From: a virus
Lineage: Duplodnaviria; Caudoviricetes
Reading direction: 5' to 3' (one strand)
Virus record (IMG/VR): IMGVR_UViG_3300005512_000035
Coordinates: 1-58,948 of that record
Length of the DNA stretch: 58,948 nucleotides
Made by a program: the position numbers and the translations under genes. A model generated the notes under the pieces. It saw only the letters and a list, made by a program, of their open reading frames with translations. It searched no databases and had not been told where the DNA came from. Shown piece after piece: positions 29,925 through 38,091 of the stretch. Positions within the stretch are counted from its first letter, which is position 1, and every line of letters starts with the position of its first letter.

Positions 29925-30184
29925 TGACCCGCACCATGACAGGTTTGCGGAACATTGAGATTAATGTCCTGGACTTCAATTCACCTGTGTGCATTGACGT
30001 CCGGGTTCATTATAAGAAATGGACTGCAAGTGAAGATGAGCCAGAAGGTTGGGAGATCACAGGCATATTCCAAGAAGACGGATACTGTGCGTCTGTGGTG
30101 GAAAACTCAGGAATATGGAAAATGATTGAGCGCACCTTCGCTCCCGAAGTCACCGACAAAGATGATGATGAGATCCCGTTCTGA
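29924..30184 (+). CDS. Hypothetical protein with SSB-like acidic tail
   Basis: AGGAGG RBS; ends DDDEIPF. Confidence 0.6.
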   Translation: MTRTMTGLRNIEINVLDFNSPVCIDVRVHYKKWTASEDEPEGWEITGIFQEDGYCASVVENSGIWKMIERTFAPEVTDKDDDEIPF

Positions 30185-30186
30185 CC

Positions 30187-30228
30187 GAACAAATAAGACT
30201 TATCATTATTTTTGTCCGGCTATATACT
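30187..30228 (+). promoter_or_regulatory. Phage promoter class, copy 3
   Basis: GAACAAATAAGACTTATCA-N17-TATACT. Confidence 0.75.
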
Positions 30229-30283
30229 GGTAACAGTAGCAGGGGAATGGCCTCTGCTCAACCACTCTAGAAAGGAGTACATC

Positions 30284-30673
30284 ATGCAAGAAAGAGATGA
30301 TGCAAATGTGGATACTAATGTTCCTAGCAATTCTGCTGATAGCACTGCTAGTCAGCAAACGATGAAAGTCCTGTACGACGATGGCACTGGTCTGTGTGCA
30401 GATATTTCTGCCCGCGACGAAGTTCCTCGTGCAGTTCCCCGCGAAACTGATACCGAACTGTTCCGACTGCGAGGCCGCGTTGTTGCCGATGCAGAGAACT
30501 TAGGCACTAGCCTGAGCGCGATAGTGCGTTTGGTTGATGACCTCGACACTAAAGTGAAGGCTCTTGAAAAACAGCTCGAGGTAGCAACTGCCGATCGTGG
30601 CCTTACCTCCCGTGATTTGGTGAGCTCAACTGTAACCACATGGCACTCAGTAAGTCCGACCTTGAAGAACTGA
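30284..30673 (+). CDS. Hypothetical coiled-coil protein
   Basis: CTCTAGAAAGGAG RBS before ATG 30284; the 3' end may be a junction. Confidence 0.55.
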   Translation: MQERDDANVDTNVPSNSADSTASQQTMKVLYDDGTGLCADISARDEVPRAVPRETDTELFRLRGRVVADAENLGTSLSAIVRLVDDLDTKVKALEKQLEVATADRGLTSRDLVSSTVTTWHSVSPTLKN

Positions 30674-30849
30674 AGAAGACTATCGAGGATTCCTACCTCG
30701 ATTGTGAAAGTCCTGGTGGTTTCTTCTACGGACACCAATACCAACAAGAGCAGATGGAGGAGTACTACGAACACGATATGGAGTTCGTTAACCATGCGCT
30801 CAAAGCGGTGGAAAAAGGTGAAACAGTCCTTTACTCCTGTTGGTGGTAG
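30616..30849 (+). pseudogene. C-terminal fragment of a common phage protein
   Basis: FGELNC...LSKSDLEEL...GFFYG...Y...D..F...A...G..V.YSCWW; frame closed by TGA at 30613; no RBS. Confidence 0.5.
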
Positions 30850-30851
30850 AC

Positions 30852-31142
30852 ATGCAGGAGCGCAAGTTGGATAACTACGCTCTAGTGCGAGGGGCTGTAA
30901 CCGAGCTCCTCGCGCTCGCCGAGCGTGAGTTTGTTTTGGAACGCGACATTAGTCGTGGTTTCACTACCGAGGTGTTTGGCGATGACCGCAGATGCGGGGT
31001 ACTCGCCTTCACGTTAGCGACCATTTGTCACAGACACCCTGAGGCAAAGCGGTCGTTGGAGCAGGCAATCAATAACAAGGCCAGAGAAGTGGCTTTGATG
31101 CAAGAAAGGAGCAGGAAAAATGCCAAATCCAAACACAAGTAA
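30852..31142 (+). CDS. Hypothetical protein
   Basis: ORF in the operon. Confidence 0.55.
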   Translation: MQERKLDNYALVRGAVTELLALAEREFVLERDISRGFTTEVFGDDRRCGVLAFTLATICHRHPEAKRSLEQAINNKAREVALMQERSRKNAKSKHK

Positions 31143-31731
31143 ATCTATCGCCATTGACATAGAGACTTACGAGTTGCTCAAGAATATGGCGAACGAAGAG
31201 TTCCGCACGTTAGCGGGACAGATCCGTTGGTTGATGAAGCAGGCAGGTCGCCCAGTCCGCCCTGTTGATACCGAACCAAAAGAGATCCCCGTTCAGCTTG
31301 TCCGCCGTGGACCAGGACGCCCGCGCAAGAATCCGGAGCCATTGGCGCACATCATCCGCGACCAGATTAAAAAGCCCTTAGACCTCGGCTTGGATGTGTT
31401 GGATGTGCCGATTGCGCCTGTTGACCGCCATTCCGAGAGGCGTTCTGGTAAAGGCACTCGTCTCTTGCCTTGGTCGGCTAGTGCCGAGATCCTTGTACGG
31501 ATGCTCCGTAAGAGGGAGTGGATGCGCTCCTGTGACTTTTCTGATTTACCATTGCAGGATCCTGCCAAGCAGATCCATGCGATGTTAAAGAGTGGGTGGA
31601 TTGGAACTAATCCAGAACACCCGCGCCAAACTCCTAAGCTCTATGCGTTGACCCTTCAGGGCAAGCGGCGAGCTGAGAAAATCCAACAAATCCGATCGAC
31701 AGAGGAAAAAGCTCATGGCATCAGCGCGTAA
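31120..31731 (+). CDS. Putative DNA-binding regulator (RHH + AT-hook + winged-helix-like)
   Basis: KSIAIDIETYELLK.MA...RTLAGQIRWL (RHH-like), RRGPGRPRK (AT-hook), YALTLQGK (wing). Confidence 0.65.
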   Translation: MPNPNTSKSIAIDIETYELLKNMANEEFRTLAGQIRWLMKQAGRPVRPVDTEPKEIPVQLVRRGPGRPRKNPEPLAHIIRDQIKKPLDLGLDVLDVPIAPVDRHSERRSGKGTRLLPWSASAEILVRMLRKREWMRSCDFSDLPLQDPAKQIHAMLKSGWIGTNPEHPRQTPKLYALTLQGKRRAEKIQQIRSTEEKAHGISA

Positions 31732-32026
31732 AAAGTTCAGTGACCAACTTATTGCCGACGTCCACAGTGACGCGGTGATGAAGCTCGGTACACACAAAGA
31801 AATCGCCAAGCGATACAAGCTCACTAAGAGCCAAGTGGAATACATATTATATAAGAAGAGACCCAAACTGCTCATTCCAGTAGAGGCGTTCAATAACAAA
31901 GATGATAAGGATACTCGATCCAAAGCCGGAGACGCTTACAATTCCCTCCTTTCTCCTCCTGCACCACCTCAATCTTTCTTTGGAAAATTGTGGCAATCTG
32001 TCAAAGATATGTTAGGGTTGGCTTGA
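31715..32026 (+). CDS. Putative HTH protein
   Basis: THKEIAKRYKLTKSQVEYIL helix-turn-helix pattern. Confidence 0.6.
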   Translation: MASARKKFSDQLIADVHSDAVMKLGTHKEIAKRYKLTKSQVEYILYKKRPKLLIPVEAFNNKDDKDTRSKAGDAYNSLLSPPAPPQSFFGKLWQSVKDMLGLA

Positions 32027-32070
32027 GGTTCCCTTAATCTCGGACATTGATCAGTCACTCCTGACTGCTT

Positions 32071-32107
32071 GACCCCGATCCACGCTACATGGTTCGGGGT
32101 TCTTTTT
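32071..32107 (+). terminator. Rho-independent terminator
   Basis: GACCCCGA...TTCGGGGTT stem followed by CTTTTT. Confidence 0.6.
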
Positions 32108-32471
32108 GCACCTGCCATAGACCCCATTTGAGTACTTCTCGACGCCGCTCGACTATCAAAATAACAACTGGTAGGGGTAGGGTAGGCAGGGAACTTTGAC
32201 CGTCGAACGAGGTTCAATAGATACTTTGCTTAATAGTACCAAAAGATGGATAACAGATAATTTGTTTTTTAACATTGTCCGATATATCGATATCTTACTA
32301 TCAGTAGGTTTATCAAACACTTATCCAGTATCTGGGGTAGTTGAGTCCGATATATCAAGTAACTTTCTCAGTACGCGCGATCTCAAACGACCTTAAATTT
32401 GAATTTATCACGATTTGAATTCTGCCCTATTATGTAAAGTATCCCATCATAGAAGAGGAAGAGGTTTAGAA

Positions 32472-33017
32472 ATGGCTCTGCCAAAAGCAACTCACAAGCC
32501 CGCGATTGATGTCGTCGCTAATCCACGCACAGAAAAATCTATCACTCCAAAGCAAGAGGAGTTTTGTAGAATCTATGTCTGTGAAGACATCTCCCAGACG
32601 GAAGCCGCCATCCGTGCCGGATACAGTGAGAAGTCCGCCCATGCGATTGCGTCCCAGTTACTGAATGGTCAGCGATACCCCCATGTCGTAGAGAGGATCA
32701 GGGAGTTGAAGCAAGAACTCGCCCGTAAGTATGAGGTGAGCTTTGAAGGTCATGTAAAGAAACTCGCTGAGATTCGAGATCTGGCAATCCAGAACGGCAA
32801 CTATCCTGCCGCAGTCGCGGCTGAAAAGTCACGAGGCCAAGCCGCAGGGATCTACATTGATCGTAAAGAAATCCTTCATGGACGCATTGACCAGATGAAC
32901 CGTGATGAGGTCATGAAAGAAATCGCTAGACTTCAGCAAGAGTTTCCTGCTCTGCAAGCAGTCCAAGAGGGAAATCTGATAATTGATCATGACGAAGTAG
33001 ATCTGGAAATAGACTGA
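32472..33017 (+). CDS. terS: Terminase small subunit
   Basis: TPKQEEFCRIY...TEAAIRAGYSEKSA...ASQLL; AAVAAEKSRG.A.G.Y.DRKEI. Confidence 0.85.
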   Translation: MALPKATHKPAIDVVANPRTEKSITPKQEEFCRIYVCEDISQTEAAIRAGYSEKSAHAIASQLLNGQRYPHVVERIRELKQELARKYEVSFEGHVKKLAEIRDLAIQNGNYPAAVAAEKSRGQAAGIYIDRKEILHGRIDQMNRDEVMKEIARLQQEFPALQAVQEGNLIIDHDEVDLEID

Positions 33018-33057
33018 GAACAAAAGACTTATCGTTGTTTGCGTCTGGGTGCATACT
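33018..33057 (+). promoter_or_regulatory. Phage promoter class, variant copy
   Basis: GAACAAAAGACTTATCG-N17-CATACT; downstream ATACTGGTAACAGTAGCA is shared with copy 3. Confidence 0.65.
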
Positions 33058-33103
33058 GGTAACAGTAGCAAAAGAGCTACGTCTCGTAGAAAGGAGAACT
33101 AGA

Positions 33104-33352
33104 ATGATAGATGTACATTGTCCACATTGTGGTGAGCCGTGGGATAACGACAGCTTCCACGAAATGCAAGACTGGGGTCAAAACCTCACTTACATGGAGG
33201 CGGCTAAAAAGTTCAAGACCCTCGGGTGCAACCTCTTCCATGGCAAGGACACACCGTGTGATTCCAAGGTCGTTGATGAAAACGCTATGATACAGACTAA
33301 GGTCGGCATGCTGTTTAGTGATTACCCAGAGGAGTGGTGCTGTGACTACTAA
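33104..33352 (+). CDS. Small Cys-containing early protein
   Basis: CTCGTAGAAAGGAG RBS; DVHCPHCGEPWD. Confidence 0.7.
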   Translation: MIDVHCPHCGEPWDNDSFHEMQDWGQNLTYMEAAKKFKTLGCNLFHGKDTPCDSKVVDENAMIQTKVGMLFSDYPEEWCCDY

Positions 33353-33539
33353 GTTTAATGAGTGGACTAAGCGGCTCGGGCAACAGCACTTCTCAATGAG
33401 CGGTCAGCACGAGACACTTTGTGGGATGCCGATGCTCGGTAACAACTACGCATCTGTTTATGATCAAAGCGAAAAGGAGCCATGCGCTGATTGCAAGGCA
33501 CACCGTGAGCTGATTGAAGTAGGGGAGTCACACGACTAA
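33342..33539 (+). CDS. Small Zn-binding protein
   Basis: GAGGAG RBS before GTG; H...TLCG.PMLGNNY...CADC. Confidence 0.55.
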   Translation: MTTKFNEWTKRLGQQHFSMSGQHETLCGMPMLGNNYASVYDQSEKEPCADCKAHRELIEVGESHD

Positions 33540-34033
33540 TGGGAGCCAAACCTGAGTCAACACTCTGGAATAAACTCCGCGATGCAACCAAGGATCAGGG
33601 CGTGTTTTGGACACGCCTTGAGTCCTGGGCTAGTCCTGGAGTTCCCGATCTACACGGGATAAAAGACGGACATGCTTTTTGGATTGAAATGAAGGTTCAC
33701 AAGTTAAAGTCGCTAAAGAACATCGCGCTCCGTCCTCACCAAATTGCTTGGCAGATAAGATATAGCGGATATTCTGGAAACGTCTGGAACTTGGTTGGTC
33801 ATCCTTCCTCCCGAACTATAAATATATTTCACGGTTCACGAGCCATGGAGTTAGCGGGACAGACAGAGAATGACGGACCGTTGACCCCGGATTGGAGTTC
33901 AGGGATTCCGTACGATTGGACGGGTATGCTTGACTTCATTATCAATCATCCTCGTCCCATCATAAAGGAGGAAGAAATCTTTTCTTCTCCAACTTTGTCC
34001 AAGGACACCGGAGCGCGTCCTCAATCTTCATGA
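33539..34033 (+). CDS. PD-(D/E)XK nuclease (VRR-NUC / Holliday junction resolvase-like)
   Basis: ESTLW...PGVPDL...FWIEMK...LRPHQIAW. Confidence 0.8.
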   Translation: MGAKPESTLWNKLRDATKDQGVFWTRLESWASPGVPDLHGIKDGHAFWIEMKVHKLKSLKNIALRPHQIAWQIRYSGYSGNVWNLVGHPSSRTINIFHGSRAMELAGQTENDGPLTPDWSSGIPYDWTGMLDFIINHPRPIIKEEEIFSSPTLSKDTGARPQSS

Positions 34034-34228
34034 ATCATTGTCCATCGTCCTTGGTCCTCGCGTCCCATTCTAGAAGAGGAAGGAACAAGATTGATGATGA
34101 TTGATCTTGATATGTGGATCAGGGACTACGCGCGATCGCAAAAGATCCGCCGATGATGAATGATGATGACGCCTCTTCTTGACGCCGGAATCAAGGATAA
34201 TCAAAGAAACATAAAGACAAATAATGAC

Positions 34229-34257
34229 TTTACATTGACAAATAATGACCCTATACT
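34229..34257 (+). promoter_or_regulatory. Sigma70-like promoter
   Basis: TTTACA-N17-TATACT, overlapped by two GACAAATAATGAC direct repeats (34216, 34237). Confidence 0.75.
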
Positions 34258-34313
34258 GAACATAGTTAAGTAAACGCTTAACTATGACATAGACTCGTAG
34301 AAAGGAGAACAAA

Positions 34314-34736
34314 ATGTCAAACGTAAAAACTCAAAAGTCTGCGCCTCGCGCTAAAGCCACTGTCAAGTCCGCGGAACTCGTGGTCGGTGACAAGGAAATC
34401 TCTTACGAGGAAATCTGGGCATTTGTCCAGAACCACGCGGGAGGTAATGAGGCTAACGTGAAAATCGTGCCTCTTGACAATGTCGACCTAGACGACGCGG
34501 CTCCCGTACCATTTGGATACGGCGGCAAAACAGGAGGCGTCCGCCAAACCATACAGGACTGGATGCTCCGTGGCGTTGACGGCGACATGTCCCTAAAGGC
34601 TGTCTTAAATAAAGCCGCGCCTCTTGGACATTCGCGCAAGAAGCCTGTCTGCCTCCACGCTCTAATGCACGGCGGATACTCACCGTCATCCAAATACTGG
34701 ATGACTCCTTACATCAAGTTAGTCGTCCAAGGCTAA
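34314..34736 (+). CDS. Early protein, paralog A
   Basis: Own promoter and RBS; clearly paralogous to 35726..36151. Confidence 0.8.
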   Translation: MSNVKTQKSAPRAKATVKSAELVVGDKEISYEEIWAFVQNHAGGNEANVKIVPLDNVDLDDAAPVPFGYGGKTGGVRQTIQDWMLRGVDGDMSLKAVLNKAAPLGHSRKKPVCLHALMHGGYSPSSKYWMTPYIKLVVQG

Positions 34737-34747
34737 CCATCTCGGGG

Positions 34748-34772
34748 AGGGAGGCCACGGCCTCCCTTTCTT
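34748..34772 (+). terminator. Rho-independent terminator
   Basis: AGGGAGGC-cacg-GCCTCCCT-TTCTT. Confidence 0.6.
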
Positions 34773-34935
34773 CCCATCCCATTCCGAGAAGAAGAATGAT
34801 TTTGATTGCGAGATTCTCAATAGTATGTGTCTACATACTATTAGGCCTCTTTATCAATCATCCTCGTCAATCTTCCTCGGGCTTGTCGTTTGATGATGAA
34901 TGATGATGACGCCTCCCCCTCGGACAATTAAAGAG

Positions 34936-34963
34936 TTGCTCAATAACTGTGGTTTGTTACTAT
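34936..34963 (+). promoter_or_regulatory. Sigma70-like promoter (extended -10)
   Basis: TTGCTC-N16-TACTAT with TGn. Confidence 0.55.
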
Positions 34964-35004
34964 ATAGGTGCATTGTTAATAACTCGTAGAAAGGAGAGTT
35001 AATC

Positions 35005-35343
35005 ATGTTCTATGTAAACGTCTATCGCACAGCTCGTGAGTATGGTGGTCCTGAGGAAGGTGGTTGGTATTACTCAACCGGACAGTTCCTCGGTTCTGAG
35101 GGTGGCTACTCCAAGGTTGAAGATGCTTGGGCTAAACGTGACCGCGTTAATCGCTCCAAGTACAACGGCAATCTCAAAGGTTACAGCATGGGTCACGGTC
35201 CACACGATGGTGCGGATCCAGATGGTAACGGCGACGACGACTACCTAATGGTCGGCGGCGAATGGGGTGCGGACGACATCGAAATCTACATTGAAGAGCA
35301 CACGGGTCGCAGTTTCCCTACCGAGCGGCCTTACTATTCATGA
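35005..35343 (+). CDS. Small early protein (YGGPEEGGWY family)
   Basis: CTCGTAGAAAGGAG RBS; YVNVY...YGGPEEGGWYY...FP.ERPYY. Confidence 0.75.
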   Translation: MFYVNVYRTAREYGGPEEGGWYYSTGQFLGSEGGYSKVEDAWAKRDRVNRSKYNGNLKGYSMGHGPHDGADPDGNGDDDYLMVGGEWGADDIEIYIEEHTGRSFPTERPYYS

Positions 35344-35399
35344 GCCTGTTCATCGCGCTACTGGCTATTGCCTGTCTAATCTTTATGTTGGGGCGTTAA
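35340..35399 (+). CDS. Putative 19-aa hydrophobic peptide
   Basis: ATGA overlap; MSLFIALLAIACLIFMLGR*. Confidence 0.35.
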   Translation: MSLFIALLAIACLIFMLGR

Positions 35400-35414
35400 T
35401 CGCCCCTTCTTTTT
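35389..35414 (+). terminator. Rho-independent terminator
   Basis: GGGGCG-ttaat-CGCCCC-TTCTTTTT. Confidence 0.7.
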
Positions 35415-35645
35415 GTCCCCTGTTTATTATTATCAATCATCCTCGCGGCATCCCATTCCTTGGGAAACACCGTCCCATCCTAGAAGAGGAAGAGTCTGTG
35501 TCCGAGATCCTTCTCCTATATATTCGTACTAGGCGTTATAATAATTATCAATCATCCTCTCGTCTCGTCTCGTCGTTGTGCGACGCACCAAAAATGACGA
35601 CCTGGTCGTCATTAAAAATAGTTGATAAAAAAGTTCAAAAAGTGC

Positions 35646-35673
35646 TTGCACTAATTCACTATTGTGGTATTCT
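35646..35673 (+). promoter_or_regulatory. Sigma70-like promoter with A-rich UP region
   Basis: TTGCAC-N16-TATTCT with TGn; phased A-tracts upstream. Confidence 0.65.
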
Positions 35674-35725
35674 GAAATTGTTCCAAAGGGGAACAGCCAA
35701 ATAACTCGTAGAAAGGAGTATTAAA

Positions 35726-36151
35726 ATGGCAACAGTAAAGAAGTCAGCGGCAACTGCAAAAACTGCCACTCAGGTTGTTGAACTCAAGCGCACAGACGCA
35801 GAGGTCAGCTACGAAGACATCTGGGCATTCGTTCAGCAACATGCGGGCGGCAACCTGCACAATGTTGTTATTGAACCGCTTGCCAATGTTGAGTTGGACA
35901 GCGACGCGCCTGTACCGTTCGGTTATAACGGCAAGCGCGGCGGCGTCCGCGAAACCATCCAGAACTGGATGCTACACGGGGTGGAAGGTGACCGTCGCCT
36001 CAGCGTAGTTCTTAGCAAGGCGAAGCCTCTGGGTCACAGCAGTAAGAAGCCTGTCTGCTTACATGCACTCCTCAACGGGGGTTACAGCACTAGCTCCTCT
36101 GTGTGGGGTACAGGTTACGTTCGCCTCGTCGTCCAACCAACCGCCAAGTAA
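35726..36151 (+). CDS. Early protein, paralog B
   Basis: Shares SYE.IWAFVQ.HAGGN, APVPFGY.GK.GGVR.TIQ.WML.GV.GD and LGHS.KKPVCLHAL..GGYS with paralog A. Confidence 0.8.
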   Translation: MATVKKSAATAKTATQVVELKRTDAEVSYEDIWAFVQQHAGGNLHNVVIEPLANVELDSDAPVPFGYNGKRGGVRETIQNWMLHGVEGDRRLSVVLSKAKPLGHSSKKPVCLHALLNGGYSTSSSVWGTGYVRLVVQPTAK

Positions 36152-36192
36152 CTGGCACACAGCGGGGGGCTCGGGTCCCCCGCACCCCCCTA

Positions 36193-36218
36193 AGCCCGCC
36201 ACCGTGCGGGCTTTTTTC
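36193..36218 (+). terminator. Rho-independent terminator
   Basis: AGCCCGC-caccgt-GCGGGCT-TTTTT. Confidence 0.75.
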
Positions 36219-36413
36219 GTGCGTCCCCCGCGAGAGACCTCTCATAGTTAAATCGTTAGGTTTAACTAAGTTTTGCACAAATCTTCGAGTGACTTTTTAC
36301 ATTTTTCGATAGTGAACTGTACTCGATCAAAAGCCGAGACCCCCACCCCCCTAATACAGTAGAATGCTCATAGGTTCATTGCCCTAGAAAAATTTTCGAT
36401 ATATTGTGCAATT

Positions 36414-36602
36414 ATGACGATTGACCCTGATTCATTTGATCTTGTAACTGTGGACGAGTGGCGCGAGTTGTGGAAAGACGAACCACGTTCCATTGTTCCT
36501 GCGGAGTTACCCGATGATAAAGTCCCTTTTTTGATTGTGGGATTTTGTCCAGATTTGGGTGAGTGTGTTGTCATGGGTGTGGGCAATGTTACCTTGCACT
36601 AG
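36414..36602 (+). CDS. Hypothetical protein
   Basis: 62-aa ORF just upstream of terL. Confidence 0.4.
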   Translation: MTIDPDSFDLVTVDEWRELWKDEPRSIVPAELPDDKVPFLIVGFCPDLGECVVMGVGNVTLH

Positions 36603-36627
36603 AATGAAATAGACGGAGCGACGAACC

Positions 36628-38091
36628 GTGGATGTAGGGTTAATCCCAGAAGACCAGTTGCGTAAGTACGCGCATTTATTGGATAGAGCGCAAGAGATAC
36701 AGCAGGCTGAATCGAGTAAAGAGGACTTTATGGAGTTCTGTAAGACGGTTTGGCCTGAGTTCATTAGTGGACGCCACCATGCGATTATGGCGGAAAAGTT
36801 TAACCGGATAGCGCGAGGCGAGCTCAAGCGATTGATTGTGAATATGCCGCCGCGACATACAAAGAGTGAGTTTGGTAGTTACTTGTTACCTGCGTGGTTG
36901 ATGGGGCGACGCCCAACATTGAAGATTATGCAGACAACGCACACCGCTGAACTTGCATTCCGGTTCGGCCGTAAAGTGCGTAACTTGATGAACTCGTCTG
37001 AGTATACCAAGGTGTTTGAAAACGTGGAGCTCCGTGCGGATAGTCAGGCCGCAGGTCGATGGGAGACAAGTAAGGGCGGCGAATACTTTGCGGCGGGTGT
37101 CGGTGGTGCGGTGACCGGACGTGGTGCGGATTTGTTGATTATCGATGATCCGCATTCCGAGCAAGATGCGCTGAGTCCTACTGCGCTTGAGCATGCTTAC
37201 GAATGGTATACCTCGGGTCCCCGCCAACGCTTACAGCCAGGAGGCGCGATTGTCATTATCATGACGCGGTGGGCGGAGAATGATCTAACAGGGAAGTTGC
37301 TCCGCCAACAGGCTAGAGATGTACTGGCCGACCAGTGGGAAGTGGTCGAGTTTCCGGCGATCATGCCCGAAAGCGATGAACCACTATGGCCTGAGTTTTG
37401 GAACAAGAAAGATTTGCTTGCCGTTAAGGGTAGTTTGTCCGTCGGTAAGTGGGAAGCCCAATGGCAACAAAACCCAACCAGTGAACAGTCTGCTATACTC
37501 AAGCGTGATTGGTGGCAAACATGGGATAAAGATGATATCCCGCCGCTAGAATACATTATGCAGAGTTACGATACCGCTTACAGTAAAAAAGAGTCTGCCG
37601 ACTATAGCGCGATTACTACTTGGGGCGTGTTTTACCCTGAGGAGGGTGGTCCGCCGAACATTATTCTTGTTGATGCTAAACGCGGAAGGTGGGACTTTCC
37701 TGAACTGCGGCGCATTGCGCTAGATGAATACAAGTATTGGGATCCGGAATGCGTGTTGATAGAAGCTAAGGCTAGTGGTATGCCGCTCACGCAAGAACTC
37801 CGCAATATGGGTATACCAGTAACCAACTACAGCCCGTCTCGTGGCAACGACAAGTTCACTCGCGTAAATTCAATTGCGCCGATTATGGAATCTGGGTTAG
37901 TATGGGCTCCAGATACCCGATGGGCAGAAGAAGTTATCGAAGAGTGCGCGGCGTTTCCGGCAGGCGAAAATGACGACTTCGTAGATACGGTGACGCAAGC
38001 CCTTCGTAGATTTAGAGAGGGTGGTTTTATTCAGCATCCGGAAGACTACGAAGATGATGAAGCCGTACCTGTGCAAAGGATTTATTACTAA
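36628..38091 (+). CDS. terL: Terminase large subunit
   Basis: NMPPRHTKSE (Walker A), TGRGADLLIIDDPH (Walker B), MTRW, QSYDTA, IEAKASG, DDFVD nuclease motif. Confidence 0.95.
   Translation: MDVGLIPEDQLRKYAHLLDRAQEIQQAESSKEDFMEFCKTVWPEFISGRHHAIMAEKFNRIARGELKRLIVNMPPRHTKSEFGSYLLPAWLMGRRPTLKIMQTTHTAELAFRFGRKVRNLMNSSEYTKVFENVELRADSQAAGRWETSKGGEYFAAGVGGAVTGRGADLLIIDDPHSEQDALSPTALEHAYEWYTSGPRQRLQPGGAIVIIMTRWAENDLTGKLLRQQARDVLADQWEVVEFPAIMPESDEPLWPEFWNKKDLLAVKGSLSVGKWEAQWQQNPTSEQSAILKRDWWQTWDKDDIPPLEYIMQSYDTAYSKKESADYSAITTWGVFYPEEGGPPNIILVDAKRGRWDFPELRRIALDEYKYWDPECVLIEAKASGMPLTQELRNMGIPVTNYSPSRGNDKFTRVNSIAPIMESGLVWAPDTRWAEEVIEECAAFPAGENDDFVDTVTQALRRFREGGFIQHPEDYEDDEAVPVQRIYY

Larger units (their letters stand above)
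33939..35560. repeat. Dispersed short-repeat array in intergenic spacers between terS and terL
   Basis: TTATCAATCATCCTC at 33939, 34851, 35430, 35545; GATGATGAATGATGATGACGCCTC at 34152 and 34892; CGTCCCATYCTAGAAGAGGAAG at 34061 and 35471. Confidence 0.85.

Noticed and set aside
33939-35560. CRISPR or mini-CRISPR array
   Set aside because: Repeats are irregularly spaced, belong to several families and are interrupted by genes; no cas genes.
35267-35704. 145-aa ORF in the track
   Set aside because: It crosses a terminator, the repeat spacer and a promoter, and has no RBS.
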